DNA from: Glaucostegus cemiculus
Taxonomy: Eukaryota
Assembly (NCBI GenBank): GCA_976551045.1
Contig: CDPCPM010000015.1
Span: 11,036,001-11,100,000, forward strand
Length of the DNA: 64,000 nucleotides
Reading direction: 5' to 3'
This document shows, in pieces, positions 50,791-59,800 of this stretch. A program made the position numbers and the translations under genes. The notes below the pieces were generated by a model that was given only the letters and a program-made list of their open reading frames with translations, was not told where the DNA came from and searched no databases. Each line of letters opens with the position of its first letter. Position 1 is the first letter of the stretch.

Positions 50791-51954
50791 CGCGCGGTTG
50801 TTCTCCTTCCAAACCAGGTCAGAACGTGTTAACAACTGAGTTCAAGCGATTCAAAATACATGCACCTTCTCCCCTACTGTCGCGACTTCAGCGAGAGTGG
50901 AACTTTGAAGTCTGGAAGTTTACTTCGTGACACGCACAATATCTGATCACTTCACGTGTTACTTCCACACTACTGCGTGTTCCCTGACCCCAGTTTCTGA
51001 TAGAACCTTTTTCTTTTCCCGCGTCTTTCCTTCGTCAACTTTGAAACGATGTTTCAGTGATTGCCTTATTTTAATAATTTCCAGCGTTATGCCTTGTTGT
51101 GAGACGGGAATAATTATTTCACAATGCATTTTAAAATTTGCCTGTACAAATACTTCACCGGAGCTCACTGCAGACCGACAAAGTATCCAAATAGTTTCCA
51201 ACTGATGTTTTATTTCGTTTTAAGTGCGAGATATTCACAGTGAAATGAACTGCTGGCGGTCCTATTCTGATACAAAGTATTTCAATAATTAGCAAAACTA
51301 ACCTGAAATAACCTGGAACCGACTTTAAGTAAACAGGAATAATTTACAGGGTCTTTACAAGAGCAACATTAAAGGACTATAATACTCAAGTCGCAGTTAT
51401 ACTTGGGGATGCATATCCTATGTATTAACTTTGGAAGAAACGAAATATAAATAATTCTACAATAGTTTGCTCGATATTTCATTTTTTGGACCACATCTCA
51501 ACAGATCCGGCATCTTTATATTATTTATTGCAATTCGTTCTCTATTTGGATTGACGAGGGATTTATACATCTCTGCACTCTTACTGATGTGCGTTACAGT
51601 ACATCTTGGAGAAATAGCAAAGACAATACAGTATCCTCAGTCGTTTGACATTTGGCTGTATCTAAAGCAACGGGTCTTTGTCAGAGGCCACCCCAGGCCG
51701 AGTGTGTACACAACACAGGTGCGGGAACTTCAGCCTCACTCACCACCCCACCCGTTACGCCCTCCTCCCCGGGAGCCGGAGGTAAGTGGGTCTTTCACGG
51801 GTCGCTATGTGGAGTCTCCTCCACATAGCGACCCACACTGCATTCTCCACACCATCCACTTCCTCTGTCAAATTAAGGACTTCTAACAGTTTCCAAAACT
51901 TGTTTTTATCAATTTGCTAAATATCACAACAAACACTTTAACAAACGCTCCCAA

Positions 51955-52160
51955 ACCTGGACTCACCTGTCACCTGCCAGTTTGTCCCCCTCCCCTCCCT
52001 TTTTATTCTGACTTCTGCTCTCATCCTTTCCAGTCCGAAACGTGGACCATTTATTCCCCTCCACAGATGCTGCCTGACCTGCTGAGTTCCTCTTGCATTT
52101 TGTGTGTGTGTGTGTGTGTGTGTGTTGCTCCAGATTCCAGCATCTGCAGAATCTCCTGCG
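51955..52160 (+). mobile_element. Penelope-like repeat with internal (TG)n
   Basis: ccacagatgctgcctgacctgctgagttcctc..gctccagattccagcatctgcag. Confidence 0.7.
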
Positions 52161-52574
52161 TCAAACCCTTAATTCTATTTACTACCTCCCTAGTTTGCTG
52201 TTCCTGTTTCCCCGCGCACTGAGCGGCTGTTGACAACAACCCATTTTGGTCTCGTTTACTTAAATATTGGTTGTCCGCTGGGTTAGAAAGCGCGAATTGA
52301 GGTTTGCGGATCGGCAATATCCCAGCAATGGTCGGTTTATTGCGTGTCCCACTGAGAAACTCATTCTGCCCTCAGCAGGGGTTCCGCTTCAGATTCAGGT
52401 CAGTGGGACTAGAAAATGAAATAAAAGGAGAAAATGTTCAAATATACCGACTACAGAGACGTTAGCTCTGTCTCTCTCTCTCTCCACGGATGCTGTTTGG
52501 CCTGTTGTCGGTTTCCATCATTTTCTGCTTTTGTTGCAAATTTAGCGCATCTGCAGTTTTCCTTCCTTTAAGAA

Positions 52575-52936
52575 ATCATAGAATCATAGAAGAGTACAGC
52601 GCAATACAGGCCCTTCGGCCCACAATGTTGTGCCAACCTTTAAACCTCGCCTAAGACTATCTAACCCCTTCCTCCCACATATCCCTCTATTTTAAATTCC
52701 TCCATATGCTTATCTAGCAATCTCTTGAATTTGACCAATGTACCTGCCTCCACCACCGCCCCAGGCAGCGCATTCAGTGCCCCAACCACTCTCTGGATAA
52801 AAACCTTCCTCTGATATCTCCCTTCAACTTCCCACCCATTACTTTAAAGCCATACCCTCTTGTATTGAGCATTGGTGCCCTGGGAAAGAGGCGCTGGATG
52901 TCCACTCCATCGATTCCTCTCAATATTTTGTACACC
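52575..52936 (-). mobile_element. Young CR1 3' fragment
   Basis: VYKILRGIDGVDIQRLFPR..; CpGs retained; (CATAGAAT) tail. Confidence 0.9.
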
Positions 52937-54129
52937 TTCGCGTGATATTTCTCTTGGTTAACTTTTTTAAACATTAAGAAATAAAGAACAACCCCCCCCC
53001 CAAAAAAAAAGCCACAAAACGCTTTGCATGACACTCCCGAAACTTGGGGGATGCTGCAGCTCTTTGCGCGAAACCAGTTTCAACTGTGCTGGCGGTGGAA
53101 AAATCCATCTCTTGGAGTGTGGTACTTTCTTCTGAAGAATTAACAGGTTTTGAAGAAAAATGTTTGCCATTTGCAAAAGGAGCCGAAGACCACGAGATGT
53201 AAAATGGAAATTCCTTCCATCAGGAGCTCCCGGGGGCCAGTCGGCGAGGACACATGAGTTTCAAGTGCGAAATATTCAGCCAAGTTTGTGTTTCCTGTCA
53301 ATTGTTTGCAATCTGGCTTTAACGCAATGTAGACATCAAAAAAAAAATCTGCAGATGCTGGAATCTGGAGCAATATACAAAAGGTGCTGGAGGAACTCAG
53401 CAGGTCAGGCAAGGAATTTGAAAGCTCTTCATTGTACATGTTGACCAACTGCATTCTGCGCTACTGCAGTAATTGGGTTGTCGCTGCCCTTCCTCGGTGT
53501 GTGACGTTAACCAGCATCACTGAGCCACAATAGTGCCCGAATAAATACAGCTGATAATTCCATTGCGACCAACAAGCGCAGTTCACCATTTTCGATGACA
53601 CTCTTGCTATTTGTTCCATGAATCCAACTTGTTCGGATGTGTAAACTGGTTTCCTAATTCGTTGTAATAATACATAATTATCTTGAAAAAAAATCACATA
53701 TTTCAGTAAATGGATAACATTTACATTATTTTTCTATTAATGTCTACTTTCTAGACTTTTATTGATTATACTTGTGAGAGTGTGATTTTCGCTACATCGA
53801 TTCCTAACCGTTAGGTCTGACACTTTAAGGGTGGGATCGGTTCATGAAGGTGCCCGGTTTACGGAATAATTTGTATTGCCGGACCATCCCAGTGAAGTTG
53901 TTGGCCTACGGTTTGCCGAAGATTTCCATGTACTGTCATTGTGGTTACGCGAGAGGGCAGGTACAGGTAAACTCTATTGACAAGAGGAGAATCCAGTCTA
54001 GGGTGGACTAACCTCAAAATTAGACGTAGATTGATTGATAGTGAAGGTAAACGCGTTTCTTTGCTCAAAAGGTGGCAGAAATCTCCAGGTCCCTTCTTAA
54101 CAGAAAGTGGGTCAGTCAAACTAATTGAA

Positions 54130-54340
54130 AATCAAAGACCTGCGGATGCTGGAAATCCGAAATGAAAACAGAAGCTACTGGAAACACTCAGCAGGTCAGG
54201 CAGCGTCTGTGGAACGAGAGTCCAAGTTAATGTGTCAGGCAGAAGACTCTTCATCAGGACTTGACCCGAAACATTAACTCTGTTTCTCTTCCCACGGGTG
54301 CTACCTGACCTGCTGAGAGTTTCCAGCGGTTTCCGTTTTG
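54130..54340. mobile_element. Penelope-like repeat, inverted pair joined at the hammerhead motif
   Basis: Left arm carries gtcctgatgaagagtc on the minus strand; right arm starts gacccgaaacattaac. Confidence 0.7.
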
Positions 54341-54849
54341 AGCCAAAACAAAGTCAGTTATTAATAAATGCTTCTGTTATTGCAGGAGGGGGTTAGGAAC
54401 AGGTCAAGCATAATTTGCAAAAAGACAGGGACCGAATGGCCTACTGATGTTTCAATGCAAAGGAAAATGGTTTTTTTTTGGGGGGGGAATAAAGCTGTAG
54501 CAAAGCTATTATAAATTTCTATTTTACCACAGGAGATCATTCATGTTTTAAAACCATTTCACATTTCCCCCCACAACACACACTAGCAAAATCAAAGCAA
54601 TTGGCAATTAAATTATGGAACATTGCCCCACTTTTCTTATGGTTCATCATTTCTACATTTATTCATTGGCATGGTCGAGATTCCATGCTATACATTGAAG
54701 GTGTATTTTCTGTTCAGTAATGGAATAGTTCTTGTAATTATCTCTTGAGGACAACCTTTGTGAATGTTGTAATTTAATTTTAATAACTATTTCTCTCAGG
54801 CAACTAAGTCGATTCTGCTTGATTTTTAAGAGATATTAGTCAATCTTTT

Positions 54850-55800
54850 AATTTGCCTCTCCTGTGAAAAGTTGCTTTAGGTGAAGGCCAGCTCTTCAGG
54901 GCACGATTTATCCTTAAATAGCTGGAGAATAGCAACCATTTATTATTACTTAATGCCGAAAAAAAATCTTATTTCCTAAAACTATCGCCGGCAAGAACGC
55001 CACACGGTACCGACCAGCACCACGTGTTCGTCGTTTTAAAGGTGGACATACGTGGCTTGGTAATAACGCTCAGTTTTATTTCGCTGGCGAGAGAAAAAAA
55101 AATTGCACATAATCTTTTTAGTAATGAATGCGTGCAAAAAGCTTAATATGGTAATGAAGTGATTTCCCTATGCAAATAAGCCATTGCGGAAATAAACAGC
55201 AACGCCTCGCTCGCTCGTTTTACTTCTGTAATATTTTTATACTACGCCATCAACTCATCACTAAAGCAGCCAAAGCAGCCCTCCCCCATCGCCGTGCTGG
55301 GCAATCAGGACCCGCCGATTGCCTTCACTTTTACATCGGATTTGTTAGAAGCAGCGAGTTAAAAAAAAAACCACTCTCATCCCTACACACACCCACAACA
55401 CAGAGCCAAGTCCGAAGGCAAATATTCCTCTGGATGAAGTAGAGAATTACAAGGGAATACAAATGAAGCGTTAGTCACGCTTCTAATTCGGCTGCAAGTT
55501 GATTACGTACTTTCACATGGCAATGGTACGTATATTTCGGTGCACCGTCTGATCGGGCGGTGCACTGGTTCTGCTGTCTGTCTGCGTTGCAGTTGCCATT
55601 CTGCGTTGCTTGTGCGATCGGGTTTGCGCCAAGATTTTGTGGTGTTTGAAGGGGAGGGGGGAAGAGAGAGACAGAAAGCAAAAGCGCTGAGCTTGGCAGA
55701 TTTCCCATCTGTGAGCAGTTTGCTTGCCAGCTGAAATGAATTTGTGCGTGATCTGTATACGTGTGCATTGCCTACGTACATTTCGAGTCCAAGTGTGCGG
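54850..55800. promoter_or_regulatory. Candidate conserved non-coding/enhancer cluster upstream of the NFI gene
   Basis: Repeat-free; octamer ATGCAAAT 55170-55177 flanked by TAATGA motifs; typical position. Conservation not tested. Confidence 0.5.
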
Positions 55801-57803
55801 CGAGGAGTGTGATCGTAGCGGTAATGGCCGAGGCGCTCAGAGAAGCCGCCGGCTTCAACTTGACTCGTGAACCGAGACGCGGGCCACCAGGCTGGGACGC
55901 GTTTCTAACCCACTCCCTTTTAAAGGGACATTGCATCTTGTTCGGCCTGTACAACGAGCCCAGTAGCCCTCTGCTAAGATCATATTCTTCATCCAAGTAT
56001 ATTTAAATATAATTTAAGAATCCCGATATGGAAAAAAAATGCGAATTTTAAACACGGGCGCACAAGATAGCTGTGCGGTGTATATTTGCTTTTGATTTTA
56101 AGCAATTCATAATAGATTTTCCAGGCCATATTCACAAAGTTTGAGAATAAATACAGTGTTGTTCTGGTTTTATTATTAATTTACTATTTCGTGGTCCAAC
56201 AGAAAATAGATCAGCTACTTAAATTCGCCATGACTATTCAGAAATGCATTCGTGTTAATTGCAAATACTGAATCGTTCAGGAATGCATAACTTCCTTTCC
56301 ACAATACTCTTAATCAAATACCCCCCAGGTTTCTGCGCTGCTTTTCAACAGTGCGATGGTTGTGTAACAGTATCAGAGTGGGAGCTAGTTTTGCTTTGTA
56401 AAGTTTCAGTGAGAGAACATTGGTTTGTTTACATTATAATCAGTCATGTTTGAGATTGTTAGCAGAATAATTCATAATATTCTGAAATTCCATCGCCTGC
56501 ATGTTTATGAACATTTCACGTATTCCTAAAGTGAGTGAAGAAATGGTGGCTAAACTATTGTAGTCAACCAAACCGGGGGAACAGACTGCACATGGCATCA
56601 CGAGGAAAAAAAAATGATAGTAAACGTCAGTTTCATAATGCTAAGAAATCAGATATACATTTCTGAAATAAAACGTTGTGTTTTGTGCCTTCGGTTTCAT
56701 TGGCCCGGTTTGCAGTTATAAAAGCGTGTTGTCGTTTGGTCAGGAAACAACTCTCTGCGTGAAGTGGGACATACCAGTTTGATCTTTTGGTGTATCAATA
56801 TAATATTGATTATATTGATAACATTGGTTAGTTATTCGGCGGGGTAAACTATCGATGTGATTTGTATACCTCACCCCCCTCTCACTGGTGTTTAGTATTT
56901 CTAACGACACAAATCACTGTTGAATAATTCAACCCGAAGCCTCACAATTTCTAATATATTTAGTGGAACCATATTTTAAAATAGAGCCGGGTTTTATTTA
57001 CCCAAATTGCATTTTAGTTTCGTTGGGAAGCGAATCATTGTTTCAGCGGCCTGCGTCCCATTCTGTTGCTTGGGACCCCCGAGCGCTGGCACAGTGATTA
57101 CCATGAACTTGGACTTCTAACTGGAGTCTTTCATTTAACTTGTTATTTATTTGACTTGTTCTGTATTTTAACTTTATGGTGGAAGTTGGGAGAGGGAAAT
57201 GCGTCCGCGGATTTCTCTGCATTGCCGGCGCAGTCATCCGACAGGACAATATTTCTGCTCGGTATCTTTTCACCAGGACTAAGAGTGCTGCAAAATGCGC
57301 TGGGTCCTCTCGTCCACCCCTCCCTCCTGGGGGGATTGTCCTGTTGTATAATTTTGCTCACGGATTTTTGCTGTGAATTTTGGTTTGCAAGCACCACCCA
57401 TGGGTGAAGCAGTTGCAGGGTTGGGATCGTTCTGTGCAGCGTCTGTCAGAGCGCAGGGACCTGTGAGCCCGCGGTGTTTCTGCGGGGGAAAGTCTCCCTT
57501 TAAATCGCGGCTCTTAAAGCGGCGCTAACTTTCCGCCGAGCCCAGTGCCGCTGGGTCGCCGACAGCGGCCGCGGGCTGTCGGTTCCTTCGGAGAGGGAGC
57601 GTTGGGTTTGGTGGGGGATGCGGGTGTAGCGGCCGGTATGGGGCGGACTGACCCCCGACTCACCGCTTGACACATGCGGCCGCCTTGCGGAATCGCTGCC
57701 CCCCGTCACTGGCCGTCGGACCCTCGCCCTCGCCCCTGGCTGTGTGTGGAGGTGGGATCTCGGCACTGAGGCGCGATGTCTCCCTGAGCGCCCAACTTTT
57801 CGG

Positions 57804-57836
57804 ATGGTCGGAGACTTGGATTCCAGGCCGTCATGA
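57804..57836 (+). other. Upstream ORF MVGDLDSRPS* whose TGA overlaps the NFI ATGATG
   Basis: ATG GTC GGA GAC TTG GAT TCC AGG CCG TCA TGA read directly. Confidence 0.7.
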
Positions 57837-57862
57837 TGTTCTCTCCGCTCTGCCTGACCCAG
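57833..57862 (+). CDS. NFIB: Nuclear Factor I family transcription factor, coding part of exon 1 (MMFSPLCLTQ); NFI family near-certain, paralog most likely NFIB
   Basis: Matches NFI N-termini (NFIB MMYSPICLTQ, NFIA MYSPLCLTQ, NFIC MYSSPLCLTQ, NFIX MYSPYCLTQ). Ends exactly at a phase-0 donor CAG|GTAACG, as in known NFI genes. The double Met favours NFIB. Confidence 0.85.
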
Positions 57863-57928
57863 GTAACGCCCGCCGGGCGGCTGCACCCTGATCATTGATG
57901 GTGGCCCACCTCCACCTCCACTCCCTCC

Positions 57929-58138
57929 NNNNNNNNNNNNNNNNNNNNNNNNNNNNNNNNNNNNNNNNNNNNNNNNNNNNNNNNNNNNNNNNNNNNNNNN
58001 NNNNNNNNNNNNNNNNNNNNNNNNNNNNNNNNNNNNNNNNNNNNNNNNNNNNNNNNNNNNNNNNNNNNNNNNNNNNNNNNNNNNNNNNNNNNNNNNNNNN
58101 NNNNNNNNNNNNNNNNNNNNNNNNNNNNNNNNNNNNNN
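57929..58138. other. Assembly gap (N run)
   Basis: N characters. Confidence 1.
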
Positions 58139-59800
58139 TCCCCCCCACCCCCTCCCCCCCACCCTCTCCCCCCCACCCCCTCCCCCCCACCCTCTCCCCC
58201 CCACCCTCTCCCCCCCACCCTCACCCCCCCACCCTCACCCCCCCACCCTCTCTCCCCCACCCTCTCTCCCCCACCCTCTCTCCCCCACCCTCTCTCCCCC
58301 ACCCTCTCTCCCCCACCCTCACTCCCCCACCCTCACTCCCCCACCCTCACTCCCCCACCCTCCCTCTCCTCACTCCCCCACCCTCCCTCTCCTCACTCCC
58401 CCACCCTCCCTCTCCTCACTCCCCCACCCTCCCTCTCCTCACTCTCCCACCCTCCCTCTCCTCACTCTCTCTCCCCACTTTCGCTGCGGCGTCTCTGTCC
58501 TCGGGACGCGGTAACTGTTGAAAATGGCGGGAGCAAGTCGGCAGCGTGCACCGTCCCGGTCCTCGCCCCCCTCCCACTGCTTCCCACCCCAATAACCCCT
58601 CCCTCCCCTCCACCCCAATAACCCCTCCCTCCCCTCCACCCCAATAACCCTCCCCAATTCCAGCCAGCCCAATGCTCCCCCTTCTGCGCTCCCATCTCTT
58701 CCAACCTCTCCTTCCCCTCCCCTTCCCCCCCTCCCCTCCTTGGTCCCCCTCCCACATATACCCAAACCAATACATCTTCTGCCCCTCCCCTTCCCTTACC
58801 TTCCCCATTCCCCCAACCCAGTTCCCCATCTCCCTTCCACTTCCTCGCCTACCACATTACCCCACCCCCACCACATTACCCCTCCACCACATTACCCCTC
58901 CCCATTCCTCCTCTGTCTCCTCTCCTACATCTGAACCCCTCGCCTGCCTCTGTGCCCATTTCCTCTTTCCCCTTACCCCTCTGACTTTCCCAGTTTCAAC
59001 CACCCCTTACCCCCTCACTTCCTGCTTCCCCATCCCACACTCTCCTCCCCTCCACTCCTCCATCTCCCTCCCCATCTGTCCTCCTTTCTCTCCTCAATAA
59101 TCACCAGCCTTTCCCACTCCTTCCTATACTCTCTTTACCTGCCCCCTGCCATTTCCCTTCCCCAGTGTTCATTTCTCACCTCTTCCCCTACTCTGCTCCC
59201 TTCCTCACTTCCCCCTTCCTGTCCCCTCTTCCCCTGTGCTGCATTTATTCCCCCTTCCTGTCCCCTCTTCCCCTGTGCTGCATTTATTCCCCCTTCCTGT
59301 CCCCTCTTCCCCTGTGCTGCATTTATTCCCCCTTCCTGTCCCCTCTTCCCCTGTGCTGCATTTATTCCCCCTTTCTCTTCCTTCACCACTTCTTTCCCCT
59401 CTTTCTTTGAACCCCTCTCCCTCCAGCCTCTGTACTCTTTCCCCTTTGTTCCACGCCCCTCCCCCTTGCTCTGCCCCTGTCCTTCCAAAATCCTTCCCCT
59501 TCATCCACCTCCTGCCCCCTTTCTCCTCCCACATCCCACTCATTGCCCCCTTTCTGCATCTCTTGCCTTTTTGCTGCCCCTGCCTATATTCCTGTGTTTG
59601 TGCCCCCTTTCCTGCTCCATTAGTGCCCTCTCTCCCCCCACCCCAACCCACAATCCACCCAGCTACTCCACACATTCCCTTCCCTGTGCCTGTCCCCCAC
59701 CTCCCCCCTCCTCTCTCCCCTCCCCCCCACTCACTTAGCTCCCTCTCCCTCTTACCTCCATCCCTGCTCCCCCCTCAAATATTTCCCTTCACCCCCCCTG
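58139..59800. repeat. C/T-rich low-complexity and tandem tract at the start of intron 1
   Basis: (CCCCCACCCTCTCT)-like units 58139-58478; strong C skew throughout. Confidence 0.95.
59209..59371. repeat. 39-bp minisatellite, 4 near-perfect copies
   Basis: Unit ttcccccttcctgtcccctcttcccctgtgctgcattta. Confidence 0.97.

Larger units (their letters stand above)
57430..57900 (+). promoter_or_regulatory. CpG-island promoter and 5'UTR of the NFI gene
   Basis: Very high GC/CpG; TATA-like tttaaat at ~57498; GC box gggcgg at ~57641; directly precedes coding exon 1. Confidence 0.8.

Noticed and set aside
59209-59371. 39-bp repeats as a CRISPR-like array
   Set aside because: Units are contiguous with no unique spacers, no cas genes, and the context is eukaryotic; it is a minisatellite.
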